This document shows positions 1 to 9,265 of a DNA stretch of 57,541 bases, piece after piece; positions within the stretch are counted from its first letter, which is position 1; the number at the start of each line of letters is the position of its first letter. The translations under genes and the position numbers were made by a program. Origin of the DNA: Fidelibacterota bacterium. GTDB lineage: Bacteria > Fidelibacterota > Marinisomatia > Marinisomatales > JACNKV01. The stretch lies in contig JACNKV010000075.1 in the NCBI GenBank assembly GCA_014381855.1, positions 1-57,541 of the forward strand, in the 5' to 3' direction. Under the pieces are notes generated by a model that was not told the origin of the DNA, searched no databases, and saw nothing but the letters and a program-made list of their open reading frames with translations.

Positions 1-11
1 TGGATTTTAAT

Positions 12-797
12 TTACAGTATTGTATCTAATATTTCCTGAGCTTCACGACGAACGAGGTACGCAGGATCTCGTTCATCTTCTTCATTTATACCCAAAATAT
101 TTTCTGCGTATGTTCGAATTTCATTTTCTTGTACATCTATGCTAAATCCATAACGAACAAATTTGCCTAAACCTCTTATCGCTTTTGCACGAATAACATC
201 ATTGGAGTGAGAACATTTACTCATGAGCGTTGACGCTATTTTTTCCTTCATGTTTTCATCCAGAGAATTCTGATCCATACTTTCGCAAATTTTTCCAAGA
301 GCGCGGACAGCCGTATCTTCTGTTTCTTTTTTCGGGCTTTCTATTGCCTTCAAAATAGTTGGGAGTGCTTTTTGTATCTCGGGTGATTTTATTTTTCCAA
401 AAGCATAAAGCGCAAATGCCGTATCAATGGAATCATGCTTTTGATCGAAGACCTTCAATAATGGTTCGATCGCATCCTCGCCCATCAATCCGCATGTTTG
501 TGCAAACAGCAGTTCTGCTTTTATATCTGTGTCGTGAATTTTTTCTATAATCAAAGGGATTACAACATTGCCCAGCCTTGCGGTTGTTTTCTGAGCAAAC
601 CCTACCTCTGCAATCAGTTCCGGGCGATCAAATGTATCTACATAGAACAGAGATGTTAGCGCATCAAACACAATTGGGATATCCTCGGGGTCTACGCCGG
701 TTTGAATTTGAGAGTCTATTTCTTTAATTCCCTCTAAAATTACTTTGGGGTTTGCCGATGATAATTTTTTAAACGTCTTGTCCATGTTATCCTCCAT
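12..797 (-). CDS. HEAT/PBS-lyase-like repeat protein
   Basis: 261-aa ORF. Recurring helical repeat units contain motifs such as 'AVRALGKI' and 'AIRGLGKF'. Its start abuts the stop of the upstream gene. Confidence 0.5.
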   Translation of the reverse strand: MEDNMDKTFKKLSSANPKVILEGIKEIDSQIQTGVDPEDIPIVFDALTSLFYVDTFDRPELIAEVGFAQKTTARLGNVVIPLIIEKIHDTDIKAELLFAQTCGLMGEDAIEPLLKVFDQKHDSIDTAFALYAFGKIKSPEIQKALPTILKAIESPKKETEDTAVRALGKICESMDQNSLDENMKEKIASTLMSKCSHSNDVIRAKAIRGLGKFVRYGFSIDVQENEIRTYAENILGINEEDERDPAYLVRREAQEILDTIL

Positions 798-2087
798 CTA
801 TTTTAAGAACAGCTTGTGTGTTGTTTGTTTATCTGCAATATTAACTATCGTCGCTAACATTGCTTTTCCATTGTCTAATTTTTTCTTGTTTGAGTTAAAG
901 CAACGAAAGATTGGCTCCCCAATCTCTACCGAATCACCAATTTTTTTCAAGAATCTAATTCCGCTACTTGGGTCAACTGTGTCCGATGTTTTTTTCCTGC
1001 CACATCCTAATTCGACCGTGGCAAGTCCTATTTGGTAGGTATCCATCGATTGGATGATTCCGGTTTTTTCTGCAAGAACATCCACAAAATATTTCGGAGC
1101 ATGACATCGATCATTGGAGAAACAGTGCGTACTACCGCCTTGGGCTTTTACCATTTCCATAAATTTTTCATAGGCTTTCCCTGACGTGATTAAATGTTTT
1201 TGCAAGTCGATAGCTTCATCTTTTGTTTTGGCGATCCCGGATTGGATGAGGAGTTTCGCCCCTAATTCATAGGTGACTGCCATCGTATCAGCGGGTCCTC
1301 GTCCCTGCAGCCCGTCAACAGATTCCTGGATTTCGCACCACAGCCCGGCAACGTTACCAAGCGGTTGCGCCATACTGGTATACACGACATCGGTTTCCAC
1401 ACCAAAACTTTCTCCAATACGTGTTAGTTGCTCACCAAGTTTTTTTGCATCGGTAAGCGTTTTCATGAACGCTCCATTACCGACTTTTACATCCAAAACT
1501 AACCCGCGAATTCCCTCCGCAATTTTTTTACTCATGATCGAGCCGCAGATGAGTGGAATGGACTCTACCGTCCCTGTAACATCGCGCAAGGCATACATCT
1601 TACGATCTGCAGGACAAATATCTTCCGTCTGCCCAATCATGGCAATACCAACAGTTTTGGTAAGGTCTTCAAATTCATCCAAAGATACATCCACGCGAAA
1701 TCCCGGGATAGTTTCTAACTTATCCAGCGTCCCACCTGTATGTCCAAGGCTTCGCCCGCTGATCATCGGAATCGCCAAGCCGGCAGACGCCAGCAGAGGA
1801 CCTAAAATGATGGAGACTTTATCACCGACGCCACCAGTGCTGTGCTTATCTGCCGGATATGAATCCAAAGAAGAAAAATCCATTCGCTTACCGGAATTCA
1901 GCATCGTATCGACAAGTGAAGAAATTTCATCATCCTTCATCCCTTGAAAATATATTGCCATTAATAATGCAGACATCTGGCTATCGAGGATGGTACCGTC
2001 CAAATATGATTGAATAAATTGTCTGAGTTCCTTTTTAGATAAAGACTGTCCGTTTCGTTTCTGTTGTATAATTTCTGCTGGTATCAT
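798..2087 (-). CDS. deoA: thymidine / pyrimidine-nucleoside phosphorylase
   Basis: 429 aa. Family hallmarks are 'HSTGGVGDK', 'SGRSLGHTGGTLDKLE' and 'ALRDVTGTVESIPLI'. Length is typical for DeoA/Pdp. Confidence 0.9.
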   Translation of the reverse strand: MIPAEIIQQKRNGQSLSKKELRQFIQSYLDGTILDSQMSALLMAIYFQGMKDDEISSLVDTMLNSGKRMDFSSLDSYPADKHSTGGVGDKVSIILGPLLASAGLAIPMISGRSLGHTGGTLDKLETIPGFRVDVSLDEFEDLTKTVGIAMIGQTEDICPADRKMYALRDVTGTVESIPLICGSIMSKKIAEGIRGLVLDVKVGNGAFMKTLTDAKKLGEQLTRIGESFGVETDVVYTSMAQPLGNVAGLWCEIQESVDGLQGRGPADTMAVTYELGAKLLIQSGIAKTKDEAIDLQKHLITSGKAYEKFMEMVKAQGGSTHCFSNDRCHAPKYFVDVLAEKTGIIQSMDTYQIGLATVELGCGRKKTSDTVDPSSGIRFLKKIGDSVEIGEPIFRCFNSNKKKLDNGKAMLATIVNIADKQTTHKLFLK

Positions 2088-2309
2088 CGTTTCTATGTGG
2101 TTTTAGGATTTAAGAATCAGAATAATAAGTGAAAAATTAAGCAACTTGCCCATAGCCTTAAAAGAAAATTTGTAAGTTAATTTATCTCCCTACGCATCTT
2201 ATCTCATTAATTCATCAGCCGTTCCAGTAAAATCTATACATTCTTTGCAGAATAGTTTCACATTTCACAGGGTAAACTCCGGCTTGACGTGGAAGTGAAT
2301 CATTTTCAA

Positions 2310-2329
2310 CCCCGTACAAAACACGGGAT
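2310..2329. repeat. CCCGT/ACGGG hairpin repeat, copy A
   Basis: CCCCGTACAAAACACGGGAT. Its reverse complement is identical (20/20) to 55543-55562. Confidence 0.8.
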
Positions 2330-2575
2330 CTCAGCTACGCTTCGACTTTCACAATAATTCGTCTCCAGCTCATTATTGTACTCCAAAATCCTATCTTATA
2401 AAATGGGAATCCAACCGTAACGGAGGCGTTACCAACACTCCAGACTATAAGTGAAAGCTCGATAGAAAATACACTTATCCTCCGGCCCAAAGGCTGAAGT
2501 TAATCATCTTTTTCATTAACCATTAGCTTCCCACCGGTAGGTAGGCTAATCTTAATCCTCATCCAAATAACCGAT

Positions 2576-3247
2576 TTGATACTCTTGAAATCCGTTTTAC
2601 ATTTTAGGCATACTTTTAATAACAAAAAGGACGAAATCTCATTGAATACATGTGAATGCCAATTAAATAAACTCCCCGCACATACAAGCGACTTAACACT
2701 TTTTCAGTCTCTGCCCACAACACATATGCTTCGGACATTGATTCTGGAACATGCAAGGATTTTTGCATTTCTTAGTGAATTAAGTTCCGTTGAACAGCAA
2801 CTGGAATCCATGGATTCACTGGACGACAACCCGGATATTGCAGTACAGATGCGATATCTTGTCGACCACTTACTCCGCTCAGAACGTCACCACATTCGGG
2901 AAGAAAATGTCTTGATTCGACGCTTGGATAAAATGAAGGTGTATGCCCCGGGAAATGACATTCGGAAACAACATGATGTCCTTCGCGTTAAAAAACGTGA
3001 ATTGGAAAACCTTGTTTATCGTATTCACACAATGTATTTTACAGATTTTAAAAAAGAAGTCAAGCAGGCGATTTCACACGCGGTATCCGGATTGCAAGAG
3101 CATATCAAGCTCGAGGATTCTGTTTTATTTCCGACAGCACTGAAACATATCCCTGAAGACGAATGGGCACAGATGAAAAAAGAATGCGACACCATCGGAT
3201 ACTGTTGCTTTACACCAAATTCTAAGACGGAGCTTATTGAAATTTAG
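2576..3247 (+). CDS. hemerythrin (HHE cation-binding) domain protein; start uncertain
   Basis: His/Glu-rich helices ('ILEHARI', 'ERHHIREENVL', 'LQEHIKLEDSVLFP') fit the hemerythrin-like fold. The tracked start is TTG 2576. ATG 2726 (MLRTLILEH...) is an equally plausible start. Confidence 0.6.
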   Translation: MILLKSVLHFRHTFNNKKDEISLNTCECQLNKLPAHTSDLTLFQSLPTTHMLRTLILEHARIFAFLSELSSVEQQLESMDSLDDNPDIAVQMRYLVDHLLRSERHHIREENVLIRRLDKMKVYAPGNDIRKQHDVLRVKKRELENLVYRIHTMYFTDFKKEVKQAISHAVSGLQEHIKLEDSVLFPTALKHIPEDEWAQMKKECDTIGYCCFTPNSKTELIEI

Positions 3248-3260
3248 GTTGCTATGCTTT

Positions 3261-3857
3261 TTATTTTGTATTGATTGTTTTTTCAGCTTTTTTTAAATCA
3301 TCTGATGTATTAATATTTAAAAATTCCGGCTCTGTTTTTGGCTGCATATTGATATATGCTGTCTTTATACCTTCGAGGATATGGCTAAGACGATAATGAT
3401 TTTGATTCAATGATTCACGGAAATGTGGCATTACAGTTGAGCGATAAAACGAACAAATAGGTTGTGGTATTTTTCGGATTATCGGGATAACAGCACCTAT
3501 ATTTGAACTTCTATTAATTGCCATGGATTGTATGGTCTCTATCCTAATTAGAGGAATATCACATGAAATTACAAATGACCACTCAGTATCACTATGGTTT
3601 AAAGCGGTAATAATACCGTTTAACGCACATTGAATCGGAAATTTATCTTCAATAAAAGGAAATGGATGCGATGATGAGTCCTTCCCTACAATAAATGTAT
3701 TCTTAGCGACAGTTGATATTTTATCGTAGAGAATTTCCGTAAGCGTTCGGTTATTTAACTTAGCGATACTCTTATCAGAAAAAAATCTCCGGCTCTGTCC
3801 TCCCATGAGAATATATGCATTGTAGGGTGTGTGATTTATCCTGGATATATCCATCAT
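3261..3857 (-). CDS. mobA: molybdenum cofactor guanylyltransferase (MobA-like NTP transferase)
   Basis: 198 aa. N-terminal 'YILMGGQSRRF' nucleotide-binding loop and a size typical of MobA. It is the last gene of the sensor kinase / regulator operon next to a bis-MGD enzyme cluster. Confidence 0.7.
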   Translation of the reverse strand: MMDISRINHTPYNAYILMGGQSRRFFSDKSIAKLNNRTLTEILYDKISTVAKNTFIVGKDSSSHPFPFIEDKFPIQCALNGIITALNHSDTEWSFVISCDIPLIRIETIQSMAINRSSNIGAVIPIIRKIPQPICSFYRSTVMPHFRESLNQNHYRLSHILEGIKTAYINMQPKTEPEFLNINTSDDLKKAEKTINTK

Positions 3858-3860
3858 TGC

Positions 3861-5240
3861 TTACGATATTGTATATTTCTTGATATAATGATTCAAAGAT
3901 GTCCTTGGAATCCCAAGCAATTTTGCTGCTTTACTTCTATTATTTTCAGTTATATCCAACGCCTGTTCGATGAGTAACCTACGTGACAAGTGGAGCAAAT
4001 TGATATCTGGTTCCGGGTTGAGACTAATATTAAACAACCCTGTATTAGACAGCTCATTTTGGCTACGGATAATTTGCTGGTCATAATATTCATCTGGAGA
4101 CAAAATATCAGACTTAACTAATAGCATTTTTCTTTCGATATAGTTTTTCAATTCCCGGATATTTCCTGGCCAAAGAGAGGAAGTTAAAAACAACTCTGAG
4201 TCTTCGTTCAAACCTTTTACGTGTTTGTTGAATACCTGATTATATTCTTCTATGAATATTTTAGCTAAAGGAAGAATATCTTTATTTCGATCTCTTAAAG
4301 GCGGAATCTTTATTTCAGCTACATTTAATCGATAATATAAATCTGTACGGAATTGTTTTGAATCTAACGCTTTATTAAGATTTTTATTTGTTGCAGTAAT
4401 AATTCGTACATCAACTTTTGTTGGGCGTGTGCCTCCGACTTTATAAAACTCATTGTGCTCAAGTACGTGGAGTAATTTACTTTGCATCTCCAAACTCATT
4501 TCACCTATTTCATCTAAGAATAGGGTTCCGCCATGAGCCTGTTCAATTAAACCGCGCTTCCCTTTTCGCTTAGCATTAGTGAAAGCACCTTCTTCGTAAC
4601 CAAATAATTCACTTTCCAGAAGCTCGGATGGAATAGCTGCACAATTAATAGTGATAATCGGATTATGGAATCGATTGCTTTTTTTGTGAATATATTTTGC
4701 CAGCAGGCTTTTACCTGTTCCCGTTTCTCCGGTTAATAAAACAGTAGTGTCCGTTCTAGCAAAATCTTTATACAATTGAACGACTTGATGCATCTTTTTC
4801 GAGAAATATATCAAGTCAGGGAGGTTTGCTTCTTTTTGGCATTGAGACCGTAATTCATTCACCTCTTTCTTTAACTTCATCGTGTCTAAAGCTCTTTGAA
4901 CTGTATAAATGATATAATCGCTGTCTTCACCCTTTTGTAGAAAATCGAAGGCACCATATTTCATTGCAGATACAGCAATATCTACCGTTGCATAAGCGGT
5001 TAACATCACAATCAGCATTCCTGGATATTTCTTATGAACTTCTTTCAACACCGTTAATCCATCTGTATCCCCAAGATTATAATCTAATAAAACAAGATCA
5101 ATTGGTTCTTTCTTTAATATGTCTCTTGCACTTGTCAAATCGCTAACGGTTATAATATTCAAATTGTCATTTACCAAGATGCGCTTCAATGAATTACAAA
5201 CGAGGATTTCATCATCAAAAATTAAAATGTTAAACTTCAT
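3861..5240 (-). CDS. sigma-54-dependent response regulator (NtrC family)
   Basis: Receiver domain ('DLVLLDYNLGDTDG'). AAA+ domain with Walker A 'GETGTGKS' and the sigma-54 contact loop as variant 'GAFTNA'. C-terminal HTH 'AAKLLGIPRTSLNHYIKK'. ATGA overlap with the kinase gene. Confidence 0.92.
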   Translation of the reverse strand: MKFNILIFDDEILVCNSLKRILVNDNLNIITVSDLTSARDILKKEPIDLVLLDYNLGDTDGLTVLKEVHKKYPGMLIVMLTAYATVDIAVSAMKYGAFDFLQKGEDSDYIIYTVQRALDTMKLKKEVNELRSQCQKEANLPDLIYFSKKMHQVVQLYKDFARTDTTVLLTGETGTGKSLLAKYIHKKSNRFHNPIITINCAAIPSELLESELFGYEEGAFTNAKRKGKRGLIEQAHGGTLFLDEIGEMSLEMQSKLLHVLEHNEFYKVGGTRPTKVDVRIITATNKNLNKALDSKQFRTDLYYRLNVAEIKIPPLRDRNKDILPLAKIFIEEYNQVFNKHVKGLNEDSELFLTSSLWPGNIRELKNYIERKMLLVKSDILSPDEYYDQQIIRSQNELSNTGLFNISLNPEPDINLLHLSRRLLIEQALDITENNRSKAAKLLGIPRTSLNHYIKKYTIS

Positions 5241-7153
5241 TTTTCTATTCCTTTAGCCATTGGCAATCTAATGGTAAATGTGGTTCCGTAATCTGTTTCA
5301 CTGTTGATTGAATACCGTGCATTATGCTCTTCCAGTATCTTCTGCACTATGGAAAGACCAAGACCGGTTCCGTCCGAAAACGTAGAATAAAACGGATTAA
5401 ATATTCTATCTATTTCTTCCTTTGCAATACCACAGCCAGTGTCTTCTATTATCAAATGTACTTTCTTCGCATGATTGGCAGTCTTAATTGTTACTGTCCC
5501 TTTTGAGCCAATTGCCTGTTTGGCATTCAGGATCAGATTGACACAAACTTGTTCCAACTGATGTGAATCAGCCATAACTGTTTCCAAATTATTATCCAAT
5601 TGTTTCACAATTTTAATTGAAGATTTTTCTAATTGTTTTTTGATGAGTGTTAAACTTTTTTCAATGATTTGATTAACAGATATTTCTTTCAATTCAGGTG
5701 TATGAGGCTTCGAATAATCCAAAATTGTGGATACAATTCGATGGATTCTGTTTATGCTGTCTTTCAGGTCAGGATAAATATCATTGAAATAATCATTCTC
5801 GTCCAAATGACGATGTAAAAATCCAATATTATTATTGAGTGCGAACAAAGGATTTCGTATTTCGTGAGCAATCCCAGAAGATAATTGACCCAATGCAAAC
5901 ATCTTTTCGGTTTGAATAGCATACTTTTCCACTTGTTTTCGTTTACTCAAGTCCCGAACGTAGACAAACGAAAGGTCGCTTCTCACTCCCAGATTAAAGC
6001 CTTTAATACTATACACTTCAACTGGGATTCTCATATTATTTTGACTGAATAAAACCGTTTCATAATGTTCATTGCTTCCTGAAACATCAATGCTTTCTGA
6101 AGGCAGTGATTGTTTTTCTTTTTTATCTATCAGTTCAAAGAAATTTATCTGTTTCAGATTTGTGTTTGAATATTGAGTCAAAGCTGTCATTTTGCTGTTA
6201 GATTCAATTATTTTACCATGAGAGTCGATTACTGCAATCGATTCAAGTGAATTTTCAATCAAACTGCGATATTTGCTTTCAGAATTTTTTAATCTCTCAG
6301 TATCTCTCTCTATTTTCTCTGACATGGATTGGAATGCTTTCGCCAAGTGACCGATTTCATCTTTTGATTTAATATTCAATTTAATATTATAATTTCCATC
6401 TTCTATCTTCTGAGCAGAATCTTCGATAATTCTTAATGGTTTGATAATACTTTTTTGAATTGAAATAAATATTAGTATAACAAGTATTGTAACTGAAAAT
6501 ATTGCAAGCATAACAAAGATGATTATATTGCCTCGTTGTGCTTTTAATATAGATTCGATATTCATGATTACGCTGATTCCTCCGCGTAAATCACCTAATT
6601 TATATCCTTGCTCTGCATGGCAGTTTAAACAACTCTCTTCAGTGTATAGAGGAGCAAAGTATCTGAAATATTTTTCCCCTTCTTTATTCTCAACTCTATA
6701 ATATTCTTTTGCCTTCTCTCTCTTCGTAGAATCTTCAAAAAACAATAAGGCGGCAGATTCAAAAACATCCGGTTTGTTTTGTGTATTAATGTAATTTTCA
6801 CTTGCCAAGTGATACGAAAAATCACCACCCATGGATTGGCTTAATTCACTTAACTCCCGTGTCACCATCGCAGGATTCCGTAATAGTAGAGTGTCCCCGT
6901 CGTTGGTTATTAATTCCGGATGTTGTAAAAATAAATTTGGTTTCATTCCCGGCATTTTACGAACTAATACTCCATCGTGATCTGCCAGCCAATGACGTGT
7001 AATTACAACATTCTTATAAATTGAACGAGCCTTTGTAAGGATTTGTTCATCAATTTGAGATTCTATCCGAGTAATAAATATTACAAAAAGAGTTGTAATA
7101 ATTAACGTTACTATTAAACCGGTAATTAAGACTACTTTTACACCCAATCGCAC
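5237..7153 (-). CDS. sensor histidine kinase with heme-c-binding periplasmic sensor domain (DUF3365-like), HAMP and PAS
   Basis: N-terminal TM helix. Extracytoplasmic domain contains 'CLNCH' (CxxCH), then a second TM helix, HAMP and PAS. H-box 'GIAHEIRNP'; ATP-binding boxes 'DTGCGI' and 'GTGLGLSI'. GTG start. Confidence 0.88.
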   Translation of the reverse strand: MRLGVKVVLITGLIVTLIITTLFVIFITRIESQIDEQILTKARSIYKNVVITRHWLADHDGVLVRKMPGMKPNLFLQHPELITNDGDTLLLRNPAMVTRELSELSQSMGGDFSYHLASENYINTQNKPDVFESAALLFFEDSTKREKAKEYYRVENKEGEKYFRYFAPLYTEESCLNCHAEQGYKLGDLRGGISVIMNIESILKAQRGNIIIFVMLAIFSVTILVILIFISIQKSIIKPLRIIEDSAQKIEDGNYNIKLNIKSKDEIGHLAKAFQSMSEKIERDTERLKNSESKYRSLIENSLESIAVIDSHGKIIESNSKMTALTQYSNTNLKQINFFELIDKKEKQSLPSESIDVSGSNEHYETVLFSQNNMRIPVEVYSIKGFNLGVRSDLSFVYVRDLSKRKQVEKYAIQTEKMFALGQLSSGIAHEIRNPLFALNNNIGFLHRHLDENDYFNDIYPDLKDSINRIHRIVSTILDYSKPHTPELKEISVNQIIEKSLTLIKKQLEKSSIKIVKQLDNNLETVMADSHQLEQVCVNLILNAKQAIGSKGTVTIKTANHAKKVHLIIEDTGCGIAKEEIDRIFNPFYSTFSDGTGLGLSIVQKILEEHNARYSINSETDYGTTFTIRLPMAKGIEK

Positions 7154-7246
7154 AATCGTTCCTTTTCTCTCATTGATTTTGTTTTATTTTAAACCTTTAC
7201 CAGCGAGTCAGTTTACATTTTATTAGGTATATAATACTACATAAAT

Positions 7247-7264
7247 CTGACCGTATATGGTCAG
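7247..7264. promoter_or_regulatory. palindromic candidate enhancer (UAS) for the sigma-54 activator
   Basis: CTGACC-GTATAT-GGTCAG has perfect 6-bp arms. An extra GGTCAG half-site lies at 7278-7283. The centre is about 105 bp upstream of the -24 element. Confidence 0.55.
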
Positions 7265-7358
7265 TCCGCCAACTCACGGTCAGCTTACTATTAACCGCAC
7301 TTATCGGCAATAACCCCTAACTGTAATTATAACGACACGTAAAAAGAACATTATATAT

Positions 7359-7374
7359 TGGCACAGTATTTGCT
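7359..7374 (+). promoter_or_regulatory. sigma-54 (-24/-12) promoter
   Basis: TGGCACAGTATTTGCT matches the TGGCAC-N5-TTGC consensus at every conserved position. It lies about 60 nt upstream of ATG 7433, and a sigma-54 activator is encoded divergently. Confidence 0.85.
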
Positions 7375-7432
7375 CATATATACTCGTTGTACGTACAACA
7401 CAAATAAACAGAAACTAAGGAGTTAAATAATA

Positions 7433-8812
7433 ATGAAGAAAACAATCATATCACTTCTGGCTTTTATCGTTCTGATCGGATCATTATCTGCAACAGAATT
7501 CAAAGTCGGTGGTGTGTATACAGCTTGGGCACAAAACCAACAAGCTTTCAATCTTGATGCAGATAATTACAACATGAATTATGTTGTTCAGATGCTCCGG
7601 TTTAAAGTACAAGGAATTGCAAGCGAAAATGTGAAGTTTGTAACCCGTTTTGATATGGCACAAGGTTGGTGGGGTGTTGACAATATGCTCCGCGGAGTCG
7701 AACGATGGGAAAAGACAGGCGCGAGTAGTCTGTTTGACTTTAAAGACTCTAACTATTTGATGCATGTTGATCAAGCTTACGTAGATTTTAACATGGATGT
7801 TTATCATAAAATCAATGTGAAAATCGGTCGTCAGTGGTTTGGTTTAGGAAACAAATTAATGGTAGACAACAACTACGATGGTATTCAGTTAAATGCCAAA
7901 GGACTAACTCTTGGTTGGGCAAAAGTATCTGAAGGCGCTGACAATACGACTGATGAAGGATTGCACAATGGTGATTCAGATCTATACTTAGCTAACTACA
8001 AAAAAGCTATTGGTAGTTTATCATTGAATGCTTTTGGGTTTTTGTACAAAGAAAACATCACAGATGAAGATCTTACTGCATATATTTTAGATGATCTTCA
8101 ATTCTTTAGAAATCGTGACGCTGCAACCGTTACTGAGTTAACTGCTTTCGGATTGTCCGGTACATATAAAGCTGGTGCTTTAACAGCTGATTTTGAATTT
8201 GATTATCTGACAGGTAAAGATGGTATCAATGACTTAGACCTCAGTGGTTATAATGCGTACACCAAGCTTGGGTACAAAATGAGTGATAAAATCAAACTTG
8301 GCGGTATCTTTGGAATGGGTTCCGGAGATGATGCATCTGAAGTTGGTTATACAAATGTAAATAAACTTCGCACATCCGGTTTCTTCTATATGACTGAAAT
8401 TTGGGAAGACTCCATTATGCCGGATGAAGAAGGTATTACTCCACAAGGTCTCGGTGCACCTAACGTAAGAGCCTATCGCGAGCTCGAAAACACAACCATC
8501 CTTCAAGGAAATGTTGATTTTAAAGTTTGTGATAAAACTTCAATCTTTTTATCAGGTAGTTATATCTTAGCATCAAATGAGATTAAAGAAGCTGATGGTG
8601 AAGGTAACTACTTTGCAGGTGAAACTGGCTCTACTGATCTTGGGACAGAAGTTGACTTTAGGATTAAACACGTGATTCAAAAAGGTTTATTCCTGATGCT
8701 TCGCGGTGGATACTTCATTCCTGGTGATGCAGCCGGTTATTTGATTAATGGTCATGCTAATGACATGGATCCGGCTTATGAACTTAAAGGAATGGTTGTC
8801 TATAAGTTCTAA
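7433..8812 (+). CDS. outer-membrane beta-barrel porin-like protein
   Basis: 459 aa with a signal peptide (MKKTIISLLAFIVLIGSLSA). Alternating amphipathic strand pattern rich in G/Y/D/N. C-terminal 'VVYKF' aromatic terminus typical of OM barrels. Confidence 0.6.
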   Translation: MKKTIISLLAFIVLIGSLSATEFKVGGVYTAWAQNQQAFNLDADNYNMNYVVQMLRFKVQGIASENVKFVTRFDMAQGWWGVDNMLRGVERWEKTGASSLFDFKDSNYLMHVDQAYVDFNMDVYHKINVKIGRQWFGLGNKLMVDNNYDGIQLNAKGLTLGWAKVSEGADNTTDEGLHNGDSDLYLANYKKAIGSLSLNAFGFLYKENITDEDLTAYILDDLQFFRNRDAATVTELTAFGLSGTYKAGALTADFEFDYLTGKDGINDLDLSGYNAYTKLGYKMSDKIKLGGIFGMGSGDDASEVGYTNVNKLRTSGFFYMTEIWEDSIMPDEEGITPQGLGAPNVRAYRELENTTILQGNVDFKVCDKTSIFLSGSYILASNEIKEADGEGNYFAGETGSTDLGTEVDFRIKHVIQKGLFLMLRGGYFIPGDAAGYLINGHANDMDPAYELKGMVVYKF

Positions 8813-8828
8813 TTGGTTTTGAAAAATC

Positions 8829-8854
8829 GCAAGGGTGGCAATCGTCACCCTTGC
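8829..8854 (+). terminator. stem-loop (partial terminator or attenuator) after the porin gene
   Basis: GCAAGGGTG-N8-CACCCTTGC forms a 9-bp GC-rich stem followed by TTATTT. It sits 20 nt before the next start codon. Confidence 0.55.
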
Positions 8855-8876
8855 TTATTTCAAAAAGGAAGATAAT

Positions 8877-9254
8877 ATGAAAAACAAAAAATATGTGGTG
8901 GTAATAAGTTGTGCTGTCTTGGGGATGATTATAGGCTTATGGTCATGTTGTAATCCACCTGCACTTCAGGTGCAATCCACCGAAATTCACGAAGATGTTG
9001 ACTTCAGCCTTGGTTGTACAGAATGCCATGAAGAAGAGACACCTGACATTTTTGAAGATTGGGCAATCAGTGGTCACGGAGCAATGAATTATGGCTGTTA
9101 TATTTGCCATGGAGATGGAACTATAGAATTTTATCCTGAGCCTTCAATTGATGGATGTACATCCTGTCACGAATCTGCTGCTGGACATTTAATGAGAGTA
9201 GAGAATGATGGTTGTTTCGAATGTCATGACGGTCACTCTCTTGAACCATATTAA
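8877..9254 (+). CDS. small tetraheme c-type cytochrome (NapM-like), probable lipoprotein
   Basis: Four CxxCH motifs (CTECH, CYICH, CTSCH, CFECH). Hydrophobic N-terminus ends in 'LWSCC'. ATG 8877 is preceded by AAAAGGAAG. The tracked GTG 8835 start would run through the hairpin. Confidence 0.8.
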   Translation: MKNKKYVVVISCAVLGMIIGLWSCCNPPALQVQSTEIHEDVDFSLGCTECHEEETPDIFEDWAISGHGAMNYGCYICHGDGTIEFYPEPSIDGCTSCHESAAGHLMRVENDGCFECHDGHSLEPY

Positions 9255-9265
9255 GGAGAATAATA

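Noticed and set aside
1273-1947. 224-aa ORF antisense to the nucleoside phosphorylase gene. Similar long antisense ORFs occur at 23630-24265, 29975-30457, 40627-41205, 42721-43143, 17535-17984, 19520-19903, 20062-20460 and 53668-54042.
   Set aside because: All lie entirely within strongly supported genes on the opposite strand. They have low-complexity Ser/Pro/Arg-rich or otherwise unrecognisable products, typical of shadow ORFs.
2745-2767. TGGAAC...TTTGCA resembling a sigma-54 promoter near the hemerythrin gene.
   Set aside because: The GG-to-GC spacing is wrong for a -24/-12 element, and the site lies inside the probable coding region.
8835-8876. Tracked GTG start (MAIVTLAYFKKEDN) for the tetraheme cytochrome.
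   Set aside because: It would begin inside the terminator-like hairpin at 8829-8854. ATG 8877 has an AAGGAAG ribosome-binding site and starts directly with a signal or lipoprotein peptide.
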